Both the position numbers and the translations under genes were made by a program. The notes below the pieces were generated by a model that was not told the DNA's origin, searched no databases, and worked only from the letters and a program-made list of their open reading frames with translations. From Octopus bimaculoides (taxonomy: Eukaryota), in NCBI RefSeq assembly GCF_001194135.2, contig NC_068997.1, positions 6,844,120-6,908,119 of the forward strand: a stretch of DNA of 64,000 bases. Direction: 5' to 3'. This document shows, piece after piece, positions 1 to 12,617 of the stretch. The first letter of the stretch is position 1, and every line of letters begins with the position of its first letter.

Positions 1-438
1 ATATATATATATATATACATACATACATACATACATACATACATACATACATACATACATACATACATACATGCATGCATACATACATATTAAAATGTAT
101 GTCAGGTTTCCACAGAATCCAATGACAAAGTACCGGTTCATAATTGTTAAAGCACTGCTAATACAAATGTGTATGTGTAACAAGGCCTGCATCGTTTTAA
201 ATGTTTAAATTTTTTACAAACCACTTCAGTCGGTATCTTCCTCAAATACTCTATTTCCATGTTTGTCGACCGCTTTCTTTCCAGTATTCACCAAAGAACT
301 CAAATCGATTCTTATCTCAATAACTCTTATCTGTTCTGCCAGCACGAAACTTCAAAGCTCTAAATTCCTTTCACCTGTCAGTCTATATTTCATGAGCGTA
401 ACGTACCAATTTCTTGCAATTTTTTTTATCTTATGTAG

Positions 439-635
439 TGACTGAATCCGAGATAATAAAAGGTATTTTTCAAGTTGAAAACCCATCGGCGAAAACCTTA
501 GTATACTTGAGAAAATTTACTGACTTTCCTGAGTCTCTGGATGGTGATGATATCGGTGGGGAGATCGGCCAAGAAGGAAACATGGTGGATGACAGTCCGA
601 CCATCTATGTAGACGTTGTTGAAATTAATAAGAAG
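439..635 (+). CDS. NWD-like internal exon (VTESEIIKGIF...VEINKK)
   Basis: Acceptor ttatgtAG 437-438, donor aag|GTaaaa 636. Ends in phase 0, matching the next exon. Upstream exons lie outside the window. Confidence 0.8.
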
Positions 636-689
636 GTAAAATTTAGTTAAAATTTATATAGGAGCGCTTGGAAAGCTCAGGGTTTTTGC

Positions 690-744
<55 letters not shown>

Positions 745-3700
745 TGCGTGCGTGTGTCCGTGATAGTGTATTTATTTCTGAATGCGTGAAATAATAATGT
801 TCGGTATAAACCACTTGATTAGGGATTGATACAAGTTCGACACAACCATGAATCTAATTTATTGTAACACTTTCAGAAAACTGAATAATTATCTCGGGAA
901 TCTTCTATAAAATTATGTCAAATATCTCACGGGTCTGAAATATATTCCATGACGGAAAGTAATCCCTCCTGACATTAAGACACCAAGAAAACTTATTCAA
1001 AAAAGAAGTCATTGAAATTGAGATTTGAATTGTAAAACTGAAGAAAACTATCCTCCTCTATTCTGTAAGAATGCTTAGAAAATTCTTTGGGAGATGAGAA
1101 GGTTTGAGCTCACTCAAGCTTAAGACGTAATATGCAAAACTTGAATTAATATAGGATTAATATCAACGTTATTTAATAACAATTCTTCCTTCTGTGGGCA
1201 AATAGCTTGACATTTTAGAAGGAGATTCTAGTCTATTACAACGAGCCCAGTGCTCAACTACTACAAATTTTATCGAATCCGAACGGAAGAAAGCAAAGTT
1301 AACCTGGTTGGCATAAAGAGCCGGAAGAAATGCCGCTAAACATTTTGTCCGGCGTGCTATCGATTCTGCTAGATCACCGCCTTTCTTTCAAGTTTTGGCG
1401 CAAAGTCAGAAATATTAGAGAAGAGCCTAATCAGTTGCATAGATCCCAGTGCTTAGCTGCTATTTATTTTATCGATCCCGAAAGGATGACAAGTAAAGTC
1501 GACATCAGCAATATTTGAACTCAAAACTTCAAGCCGGAAGAAATGCCGCTAAGCGTTTTGTCCGGCGCGGAAAAACTTCTGCCAAGTTGTTGACTTATAA
1601 TTTTTTATGCTATAAACAGAAGGACTGAAATTCTGTAGGAGGGGGCCAGTCGATTACATACATACCTACGTACATACATACACAAACATACACACGCGCG
1701 CCATCACTGGAACTAAAAAAATTAAAAACTTTCCAGACGTTTATTACATAAAACAAAACATACAAATATGTACGTATGCATGGTGGTGGTGGTGGTGGTG
1801 GTAGTAGTGATGACATTCCATCTCAGATTAGCTATTTGCTGTAAGTGCAGAATGAAACGTCAATGAAATGACTCTTAATCTCTTATTTGAACTTTTGGTT
1901 AAAGAATTTAGAATAGAAAATAAAGTTTGTTTCATTGAATCTATCGTTTTTAATCTTTTAAATCTATTAAAATAATGGTTATTTCTATAAACAGAAACAA
2001 GTCGATGAAGAAGCTAGAGAATTGCTGGAGAACTGTATAGCAAGATTAGAATCTGAAAAGATGATCACAAATGCTTTTGATGTCATTTGGTTGCCGGGAG
2101 GAATAGATCTTGGAGAATATCATGAACCTCACCAAGAATATATCAGCGAATTCTGTGAGGCTTTTAAATCTGACATGATTAATCTCATTCAGCGAGCATT
2201 GGACGATCAAAATAGAATATCTGAAGACTATCTATCCTATTATGAAATTTTACATCATTTACACTTTTGTGTTCAGAAATGTGCGCTTTTCTGCGGCCAA
2301 CAAGACACACTCGAGAAAATACAACAAATTACAAAAGAAAACAATTCAAGGAAACCAATTGTCATCCACGCTCCTTCGGGAGTTGGTAAAACATCTTTGT
2401 TAGCTATGATTATGAAACAGCTACCTTCTTGGTTTTCTGATAATTATTTGGCTGTCATACGATTCTTAGGAACCACTCCAGAAACCTGCAATATCTACAA
2501 CGTGCTCCTTAGTGTAATGAAACAATTATCTTCTACGGCTGGAATGATTTTAGAGCCGATGGGTTACGCAGACATGAACCGCCTTGAAAAGTACTTCCCG
2601 AGATTTCTACGTCAATTTGGTCAAAGTATAAAAAAACCAGTCTTTATTTTACTCGATTCCTTAGATCAATTGTCTGAAGATGATGATGCTTTCTCCATGA
2701 CCTGGCTTCCAGATTTTCTGCCGACCAACGTTCGCGTCATTGTGTCAACCTTACCTCAGACTAAGATAATGAAAAACCTTGTAAATCGATTGCAGCGAGA
2801 TGATTGTTTTATTGAAGTTCCTTTAATGTCAGAAACAATCGGAGAAGAAGTCCTGAGAAAATTCTTAAATATGAAAAAGCGAACGATCACAGATTCTCAG
2901 AAAGAACAGCTTTTAGCAAAGTTTTCAAAAGTGTCAAGTCCGCTTTATCTCAAACTTCTTCTACATGATGCAAGTCAATGGCTGTCATATCAAGATATTG
3001 ATTTTGAACAATTACCAGATTCTGTTAACTCAGCCATAGAACAGCATTTTGAAAATTTGGAACGTAAATTTGGAAAAACCTTAGTACAGTTTGCACTTGG
3101 TTATTTAACAATTAGTTTAAATGGCCTCACAGAACTTGAGCTCATTGATGCGTTGTCGTGCAATAACGAAGTTTTAAATGCTATATTTGAAATGAATGAT
3201 CCTCCCTCGAGAAAAATAATTAATTTACCTCCTTTTCTTTGGGCTCGTGTTTATCATGATATAAGAGATTACTTAACTGACCGCTTTTCACATGGAAAAT
3301 CTACATTCTTCTGGTATCATCGACAATTTATTGAAGCAGCAACAAGAAGGTACACACAAAACGAAGAAAACCTCCACGCAGACCTTGCAGAAATATTTGC
3401 ATGTGAATCAAATATAAAGAAAGACTTGATACTTCAGCAACGAAATTGGGTTATATATGATGCTGACCGCAATATAACTCCACAAATACTTAATTTTGAG
3501 AACAAAAGAAAACTTGAATGCATTACTTATCACATTTGCCGTGCTGGAGATTTTATCAATACTAAAGACGTTAAGGAAAACGTCTTCTGCAACATCCATT
3601 TTCTTTTTACAAAGATATCTGTTTTTTCACAGGACCACATCATACAAGAAATAAAGGATTTCCTTACTAAGAGACCTGATAGGGACATTCAAGTTATTCT

Positions 3701-6479
3701 TGAACTTTTACAAGATATAAACGAAGAAATTCAATCACTGGAGCAATTATCTTTCTTAATTTTAGCTAATTTACCCAAAACAAACAATGGTTCAAGTTTG
3801 ACACGTCTCATAGAAAAATCCGAACAAATTTTGTATTCATCAAATAGAAAAATGTTGATACCAACTTGTAATTGCTTAAAAAATCGTAATAACGAGTCTA
3901 TCACAGACTCAGAATTAGTTTTTACATTCCCAAACTACTCTAGTATAATTGAAAATAAAGACGGAATAATTCTTCTGGAAAAAAGAGCGTCAGAAAAAAT
4001 GTCGCCGTTTGCTGTGATTCTGACAAATGGATGCATAGAACTGACTCGTCTTAACCATGGACAGATTCGGTCATTTATTCCAACCACTGATGGAGACAAA
4101 GTATATCTATTAGCAACAGAAAGGATGGGATCTTTAAACAGTAATACCATGAAAATTCGATGGCAGAATGATGATATATTGAAGAATTACGGCACGCCTT
4201 ACCTCTGTTCTTGGACAAAAGATGGATCTTATTTAGCTATAGCCTTTGATTCGGATCAAATAGCTTTATTTTATGTGCGAGAAAACAAGTTACGTATGAG
4301 CACTGCTTTTAACGTTAAAGAAGGCCTTGTGTTCAATAACTTACGTTTAGTTTACTATGCGGAAGCTCTGAGTGTGTTTGCCTCATCAACAAATGGAGAA
4401 CTGGTTGAATATTCCAAGCTTGACAATAATAATCCTTCAACTAAGCAAAAGCAACTCTTTTCGACAATTTCCAGTTTACAGATGTCTAATAATGATGAGC
4501 TAATAATACTGAAAATCAGCGACGAACAAACTGTTCTGTGCTCCCTTCTAACAGAAACGTTTCAGGAGACAGGAAAATACAAATTCGACGGTGAATCAAC
4601 AGACTTTGAAATTTGCTCTTCATCAGCTCTCCTGGCAGTTCTCAAAGACAAAAATAAAATTAGCATATTGGACGCTTTTAACTACTTGGAAAGTCAGATT
4701 ATAAAAGTTCCATGTCCCACAATTACTTGCTTTGCTATGAAATGGTCGAAGCATCAAGTACTGGCATCTTACATGGACACTTTGATTATATTTGATTACA
4801 GCAACGAAATCATTCTTTTCCAATTAGAAAGCCATTCTGACCCGATAAAATGTTTAGCCTTGTCAGATAACTTTGTGGTCACAATAGATACAAACTTCAT
4901 CCTCAAGCTGTGGGATTTCACCAAAGTAAATAGTTCCGATAAAACGCCATATGCAAATCGCTGTGTCACTGAAGAAGAGGATGTTATTAGTTTTACAATG
5001 AATCAGAAAGCAGCAACAATAGTAACTGGTTCGCAACATAATCAGATAAACGAGTGGGACTCAAAAGGGTTTCTTTTAAAGAGCTTCAAAATTAATCTAC
5101 GACCGCAAGAAATGCACTTGATCAACGACAAATATCTCCTTGCATACGAGAAATCCAAAGGCAAGTTGGAAATATACGACTTTGAGACAACAGAAATTCA
5201 CCTTGCATTCAAAGACATGTATATCTTGGCTATAACAACATATCAGTCATTTGAAGAGATATTACTATATACTGTCAACGATCACAAAAACTATCTTACC
5301 GTCGCAGTCAGTGATATCAGTAAGAAAAAATTTATGATGGAAATACCTATCTTAAAAGATTTTGAATTTACCAGTCTTGAAGTGTCGCTTACACCTCTCG
5401 GTTCGTACATTCTTTTTAAGTGTGGTGTTACTGATTCCGATTATAAGGACATAGAACAAGAATGGAAAACAAAAGGTGGCTTCTCTCCTCAACCATACCC
5501 GTACAGATTTGCTGCACTAAAGCTTGACAGCGGAAATGGTATCCTAAAACAATGCTTTCGACAGTTAACAGACATCCCTACATTGGGCCGCACAGCATCA
5601 CCTCTCCAAGGTAACCAAATCATGATAGTTTCAGGTCGAGCTGTTGTAATTTGGGATATTTTTATAGGAAAATGCGATGAAGCAATAGCAAAGAGTGCTT
5701 ACAGAAAGAGCAAGTTTCGCCGATACTTGAACTCCGATGATCAAAATTGTGAAGGTTTATGTTTGGAAAGGTCAATCAATTCTAAATATGTTACCATTGG
5801 ATATGCAGATGGTTTCGTGATAATATACCGCACTGGCAATGGAAGACCAATGATAGAAAATCTACCAGAAACTAAACATGAAGCATCTGTAAGTTACGTC
5901 GAAGTTTTTAAATATGAATTTTCTTTTTCATACCATAAGTTACCATTAAATCCTTCTTTTTGTGACAAAAGAAAAGTGATGTAAAGTTATTGAAATAACA
6001 GATCATATGGGGACTACGCTATGAGGTACCTAACAAAGTCTAACAGTTAATTTGAAATTCATATAAAAGAATAACCTGCAGAAGTATTCATAGAGACCAG
6101 ACAAGTCGTAGCTTTGAAAGTGAGACACATCCAAATGACGGTGACACTTGTGACACATCGAAGAAAGATGGGCTCCAAATTCACAAACGAAAGACAAAAC
6201 TCCTGCACCGAACCAGTAAAATTGGGACATGGATTGTTATAGCTTAAGGATTTTTGTACGATTAATGCTTCTCTTGAAAAATTAGTTGTTAGTCTTTACG
6301 TGAGACAATTCTTGGCCGAACTTTACTTCGGTTTCAATTCGGTGTCAGAATACAGGAATTAAAGTATAATTGCAGAGGGTAGATTTCACCAACAGGAGTT
6401 TGTAAATATCGAGAATAGAAGGCTGTTGAAAAAGCAGAAATGGCAAAAACTGGTAGTGAGCAAAACCGATATAAAACAC

Positions 6480-6540
<61 letters not shown>

Positions 6541-7308
6541 AGAAAGAGAGAGAGAGTGATGGGGAGAAAGAGAGAGAGTGTGATGGGGAGAAAGAGAGAG
6601 AGAGTGATGGGGAGAAAGAGAGAGAGAGAGAGAGAAAGAAAGAAAGAAACAAACAAACAAACAAACAAACAAACAAACAAACAAACAAACAAACAAAGAG
6701 ACAGGGTGTGTGTAGAGAGAGCTTATTTTATGCCGGATGTTGATAGACTAACAAAAGTCACCAATCCAAATACAAGAACAATAATTTTTCGAGTGACATA
6801 TTTGTTCTTCGGAGTTTGTCCGCACGACAATATGTCGCTCTTTTGCTTGTTTAGCGGAGAGACAATGTATCTCATTGTTGAAAATACTTTTTGTTATTTG
6901 AAATATTCTTCCAATTTCCTTTTGATAAACGACAGAAGGCTATTGAATTCTTTTAGAAAGATGTATAGCACAGATTTGTTAATGAAGGAGGGATAGAAAC
7001 TGATTTTACAACTCTCTCTCTCTAACGATATTTTTAATCATTTTAAAAATGTAAAATATATACGTTTTATCTTTCAGGTTAATCAAGTCACAATTTCACA
7101 CAATAATAAATGGGTAGCGTCTGCTTGTGCTAATGGCGTCATTAAATTATGGAAAACGAAAAACAATTCGGAATTTTTTTCCATGCAACTCAGGAGTTCG
7201 TGTTGTAGAATGCAATTTTCCTTGGATTTTAAATATTTTGTTGTTCTTACAACAACAAATGATATCTGTATCTTCAATGTTCATACAAAAGCTGAAATCA
7301 AGAATTAA
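439..7308 (+). CDS. NACHT and WD40 repeat domain protein (NWD1/NWD2-like STAND NTPase), 5'-partial; exons 439-635, 1995-5888, 7078-7308
   Basis: The three exons join in frame with AG/GT boundaries. Walker A HAPSGVGKT, Walker B-like VFILLDSLDQL, and WD40 repeats (HSDPIKCLALSDNFVVTIDTNFILKLWD; HEAS|VNQVTISHNNKWVASACANGVIKLW across the last junction). NWD1 vs NWD2 orthology cannot be decided here. Confidence 0.9.
1230..1590 (-). mobile_element. Two tandem decayed copies of a tRNA-related SINE family (family B) in the NWD intron
   Basis: Both share gccggaagaaatgccgctaa...ttttgtccggcg. Same family as 23860-24075, 25140-25290 and 36100-36295. Confidence 0.65.
1995..5888 (+). CDS. NWD-like giant exon (NACHT plus most WD40 repeats)
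   Basis: Acceptor aaacAG 1993-1994, in frame with the 2022 ORF. Donor tct|GTAAGT at 5889, phase 0. Confidence 0.9.
6480..6720. repeat. Compound microsatellite (TG)n(AG)n, gagagagtgatggggagaaa units, (AAAC)n
   Basis: Visible directly; explains the low-complexity ORFs at 6334-6996. Confidence 0.95.
7078..7308 (+). CDS. NWD-like last coding exon (final WD40 repeat, stop TAA 7306-7308)
   Basis: Acceptor ttttatctttcAG. Translates VNQVTISHNNKWVASACANGVIKLWK...KAEIKN*. Not in the ORF track in this frame. Confidence 0.85.
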   Translation, partial: VNQVTISHNNKWVASACANGVIKLWKTKNNSEFFSMQLRSSCCRMQFSLDFKYFVVLTTTNDICIFNVHTKAEIKN

Positions 7309-7366
7309 ATTTCTTGAAAATATCAAAGGAATGGCTTTCTCGGTAAGTTATCAAAGGAGAATCTAA

Positions 7367-7405
<39 letters not shown>

Positions 7406-7509
7406 TATGCATGTATGAATGAATGTATGTATGTATGTATGCATATATGTATGTATGTATGTATGCATGTATGTATGTGTGCGTATGTGTATGTATGTAT
7501 GTACGTATG

Positions 7510-7729
7510 ATACCTTGAGTATTGAGGCGATGGTGCACAAGCACCGGTTACGTTGGACTGTACACCTCATTAGAATAATGGATAGCAGGATCCCTAAGCA
7601 GATGCTATATAGGGAACTTGCGAATGGAAAAGCTGCGATTTAAGGACTGTGTCAAGTCCTCATTAAAGGCCTGTGATATGCAGGAGACTGACTGGGAGGG
7701 CAATGTCTGTCATCGCCACAGATGGAGAA
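7510..7729 (+). mobile_element. RTE/BovB-type LINE ORF2 C-terminal remnant
   Basis: SIEAMVHKHRLRWTVHLIRIMDSRIPKQMLYRELANGK, frameshift, then LRFKDCVKSSLKACDM...RHRWR. Runs into a gap. Confidence 0.8.
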
Positions 7730-8035
7730 NNNNNNNNNNNNNNNNNNNNNNNNNNNNNNNNNNNNNNNNNNNNNNNNNNNNNNNNNNNNNNNNNNNNNNN
7801 NNNNNNNNNNNNNNNNNNNNNNNNNNNNNNNNNNNNNNNNNNNNNNNNNNNNNNNNNNNNNNNNNNNNNNNNNNNNNNNNNNNNNNNNNNNNNNNNNNNN
7901 NNNNNNNNNNNNNNNNNNNNNNNNNNNNNNNNNNNNNNNNNNNNNNNNNNNNNNNNNNNNNNNNNNNNNNNNNNNNNNNNNNNNNNNNNNNNNNNNNNNN
8001 NNNNNNNNNNNNNNNACGAGTGGACGGTCATCATG

Positions 8036-8069
<34 letters not shown>

Positions 8070-8892
8070 TGTATGCATGCATGTATGTATGCATATGTGT
8101 ATGAATGTCTGTATGTATGTATGAATGTATGTATGAATGTATGTATGTATGTATGAATGTCTGTCTGTCTGTCTGTACATATGTATGTATGTCATTATTC
8201 AGTTTATTTCAAGATTTCTTGCCAATAGAGAAAGAATTGGTTTCTAACCTAGATCCAAGGCTCTTTCATTGGAATTTCAACATCAACAACAAAGTATTTT
8301 TGTGTGTATGTATGTATGTATGTATGTATGTATGAGTGTGTGTGTATGTGTTGGAAAACAGTATGTGATTCACTTGATAGTTACAGGTTTCACATATAAA
8401 ATATGTATTCTTGTAATCCTTCAAAAGGTTGTGTAGATATGTGCGAAAGGTGTTATATTGGTAAAGGTCCGTGTGGAATCTGTTCTAAATGGTTTAAGAC
8501 CGGTCACATAGATCGATTTTTTTGACTTCTTCAGATTGTTGGGATACTATTATTGTGATACTGTGATCTAAGGGCAAATAACTCAGTCTAAGCTTATCAT
8601 CGTCGAAGATAATTATTCAACAAGGCTGCCTAGAGCTGGCTGGAGCTGGTTGGAGCTGGCTAAAAGTGACTTTTATGAATTGTGTTCTTCGAGAAGCGGA
8701 AAGTTTTCAAAATGTTTCAAGAACTTCTGCCTCTGGTTGCTATTGTACAATCCTCCCGATCTTTAAAAAAGTGAAAACGGTCAAGTCAATAAACATCTTT
8801 AAAAGACCTCTGCATTTTCAGATCCTCTTCCTTATATATTTTTACTCGTGCGGTACCATGTAAGTTTACTTTGTTTTACACACACGCACACG

Positions 8893-9723
8893 CACACACA
8901 CACGTGATCTGATTAATAAGTATCCGGACTGTTGCTGTAGTAACGAAGCTAAAGCTTGGGCAGTGAAGCCACCTGGCACAGTTTGGCCGTGAACTCTGCA
9001 GTGCATGTGCACTAAGTTACATATATAGAGATATTAAAGAGAAATAAAAATGAAAATGTCACTTTTTAAAAAATATTTTTTGGGGTGTTTTAATTAATTT
9101 ACATTACATGTTTCGGTTCTTTTGAAAAACCTTATCAAAAATGAGTATAAAATATGTGAGAAGAGAAGAGGGCTATTAATAAAATAAAATTGGAATTAAA
9201 ATTAAGAATGACATTCATAGTTTACTGTTATTTCTTGCATGCGCACGTGGTCCTTTCTATCCCTTCTGAATGNNNNNNNNNNNNNNNNNNNNNNNNNNNN
9301 NNNNNNNNNNNNNNNNNNNNNNNNNNNNNNNNNNNNNNNNNNNNNNNNNNNNNNNNNNGCACACACACACGTGATCTGATTAATAAGTATCCGGACTGTT
9401 GCTGTAGTAACGAAGCTAAAGCTTGGGCAGTGAAGCCACCTGGCACAGTTTGGCCGTGAACTCTGCAGTGCATGTGCACTAAGTTACATATATAGAGATA
9501 TTAAAGAGAAATAAAAATGAAAATGTCACTTTTTAAAAAATATTTTTTAAAAAGTGACATTTTCATTTTTATTTCTCTTTAATATCTCTATATATGTAAC
9601 TTAGTGCACATGCACTGCAGAGTTCACGGCCAAACTGTGCCAGGTGGCTTCACTGCCCAAGCTTTAGCTTCGTTACTACAGCAACAGTCCGGATACTTAT
9701 TAATCAGATCACGTGTGTGTGTG
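8893..9723. repeat. About 185-bp segment in three copies: direct at 8893-9081 and 9360-9541, inverted at 9542-9723
   Basis: Base-for-base identity. 9360-9723 is a perfect spacerless palindrome beside gap 9273-9358. Confidence 0.95.
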
Positions 9724-10120
9724 TGTTATATGGGATCTTTCTGATTTGACGGGCACCACTTGTTTTCTTAACGAAACACTTTCATACTTGGGATACTGGT
9801 AGAATGTGTCATATAAAACATCTTTTTCTCTTAGCCTTCTTCACAAAAATTTATTCTTAAGTTATTTCATGTTAAAGTTGTCGTATTTCTGTAATTTCAA
9901 CCAATCACTGACGTCTATTCAGTTGAATACAGTTACTGCTGTTTTTGTAAACAATAATTTTTGCCGGTGTCATGAGTGTTATTCCCTGTTTAATTATATC
10001 ATTATTCCCTAGTAAGGGTTTTAGGGTTCGGGTTTTAGAGTTAGGGTTAGGGTAAATTTCGGTATGTGGTGAAGCAATTTGCTGAACCCTAATTATAATT
10101 ACGCTTATAATTATAGAATT

Positions 10121-10160
<40 letters not shown>

Positions 10161-10180
10161 AATGTCTAAATATATATGTA

Positions 10181-10840
10181 CTAGCAGCTAAGCCCGGTTT
10201 CACTCGGTCAGAGAACGACGCGAAGAGAGAAACGAAGACATAAAAAAGAGGAAGTGGATACGAAGTGGTGTTTGGGCGACGGATCTTGGTAGAAAAAGAA
10301 AAGAATGTCATGGTGAGTTAGTAAGGAGAGCAAGGCAAGACTGGACTTACGCGGGCTGGCAGGACGATGAAAAAATTGCGGAGTTGAAATTGGAGCAGTT
10401 GAAGTTGCCGTTGTTATCATTGGAGTGCCTGTTGGTAAACGACATTCTTCGTCCTTCCCTCGGGTGCACAAATAGAAAGACCATGGGGACAGCCAACGTA
10501 CAGTTGTGTGTGTGAGAATACCTGCTCTGTCACATTCAAACCAACCGCTTGCACTGATTGTCCCTGCACCTTGTTGGTTGTCATGGGAAAGCAGAGTTTG
10601 ATGGGAAATTGCATCTGTTTAAACTTGTAGGTCGTATCGGAGTGGGTAAGGGAGTTATAAGTATGTCTTAGCCAGCGGTCGGTTCATTCAAGATTGTTGC
10701 CTACAGAACTCGGGAGCACAATTTTTTGATAATCATCAGCGTACCATTGCACATTATTGGAGCATCTAAATTCCTTAGCAGCATGATTGGCACGCCAACT
10801 TTCAGATGCAGTTCGTGATCTGGTAGTTCTGCGGGTCCCC
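10181..10840 (-). mobile_element. Helitron remnant: Pif1-like helicase C-terminus plus 3' hairpin-CTAG terminus
   Basis: PDHELHLKVGVPIMLLRNLDAPIMCNGT (with stops) and QFPIKLCFPMTTNKVQGQS...FSHTQLYVG...TKNVVY. On the minus strand it ends ccgagtgaaaccgggcttagctgCTAG|T at 10181. Confidence 0.85.
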
Positions 10841-12312
10841 ACTTTTGTCAGATTTGTCATGGGCCGGCCGGTCTATCTCAGATACATGGGAAGCTGGATT
10901 AAATTTTTCATCAACACAAGGGAGCCGAAATAAATTTTTTCAATGTCCAAGAGAAGCCAAATCGCGAAAAAGGTTGAGAAATGCTGATCTATAACGATGG
11001 TTTTTATTTAGGCACATCGTAAACCCACTAAATTCACTAACTATACGGGGGGGAGGGGGAATCCAGTGTTAATCCTCGTCGCCGGAATTTTAACAAAACA
11101 AAAATCAAAGGTGATTTATTAATACAAACTCAATATCGGTAATCGCTCATACACTGATTTAAAATGAGGCAAAGCCATCACAATCGTTCATTAATAAAGC
11201 TATCCTAAACTAAAACTTTCGTATATGGCATAATTCAGCAAAGTTGACTTACTTCCCTTTGCTTCTTTTATTAGTTATCTCCCCTTCAATATTTTTTCTT
11301 ACTTTTTTACGCCCGTAAACTGAACAATTACCTTCAATATCCACTAAAAAAAAAAAATCATATTTTTTCACATTTCTTTTCCACTAAAAACCTTCCTGAT
11401 TACCTCCTTCGTAATCCTGAAAAACATTGTGACCATTGGTCCAGCCGTTTCACCGTGAAGAGGCAACAGACACAACACACATTATAGTAAGATATATATA
11501 TACCTGTGTATGTGTGCACCTAAAGAATTAGCAATTAAAACAATGGGTTTCTTTCAGCTGTTCAGAAAAAACTAAGCAGTAACTGATTAAACTTTTCAAA
11601 TTTATATTTTTCCAATAAAAGACAAATAGCAGAATTAGAAGAGTACCTTGTGGTATTTAGTTGTGTATCTTCAAAATTGAAATCCCATCAAGAGTGATCG
11701 AAGTTGAGTTGATTGATAAAAATTCTTTATAGGCAACCAATATTTATATTTGCAGCAATGTCATTGATTTTTGATGCAGACAACAGGCCATAAATTAAGG
11801 TGGTGGGGAATGTGAGCAGGCAACAATCATGCCTTTCTGAAGAACAGTAGTATAACTAAGATTTAAGATTTGTGTGAAACGAAGAACTAAAACTTAAGAC
11901 TAGCATTATTAATATCTGCTTCTTGCAGATTATTTTCTCTACAATACATAAAGAAATACAGATTCTGATTCTGAATTTGCAACTAATTTATAATTAGTAG
12001 TATGCTGCTAATTAAAAAAATACTTAATAATGAAACCAAAGAATATTCCATTGACTTACAGTAGAACACTTGAAAGAGAAGTAAATTAAAATCTATTGTT
12101 AGTTAATTGCCTCAGAAATTTAATTCTGATGATTTGATGTACCACAAGAGAACTCTACATAACAAAATGTTACTCTATTCTCATAAGAGGTTCAAATCCT
12201 GTAAGACTGATTGAATGAATTCAATCCATAGATTGAATGAAGTGGTTCATATTTAATCAACAGAACTATATTTTATTCATTAGTCATAAACCAAGCACAA
12301 GCACCAATGTGT

Positions 12313-12617
12313 ATCATCATCATCATCATCACCATCATTTAACGTCCGTTTTCCATGCTGGCATGGGTTGGATGATTTGACTGAGGACTGGCGAACCAGA
12401 TGGCTGCACCAGGCTCCAATCTGATCTGGCAGAGTTTCTACAGCTGGGTGCCCTTCCTAACGCCAACCACTCCGAGGGTGTAGTGGGTGCTTTTACGTGC
12501 CAGTTGCACGAGGGCCAGTCAGGCAGTACTGGCAACAGCCATGCTCAAGTGGTGTGTTTTTTACGTGCCACCTGCACAGGAGCCAGTCCAGCGGCACTGG
12601 AAACAATCTCGCTTGAA
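12313..12617 (-). mobile_element. Short (GAT)n-tailed retroelement copy (3' end of the PHD-RTE LINE, family A)
   Basis: Same tail ...ggaaagcggacgttaaacgatgatgat and core ttaggaagggcatccagctgtagaaac as the LINE copy at 32600-32878. Confidence 0.85.

Noticed and set aside
5889-5984. C-terminal 31 aa of the 1320-aa ORF
   Set aside because: Intron read-through: the GTAAGT donor at 5889 joined to 7078 completes a WD40 repeat.
6334-8335. Many overlapping ORFs (VCMY, HTYI, ERER, LSLS types), and similar ones at 50592-50856
   Set aside because: Translations of microsatellites.
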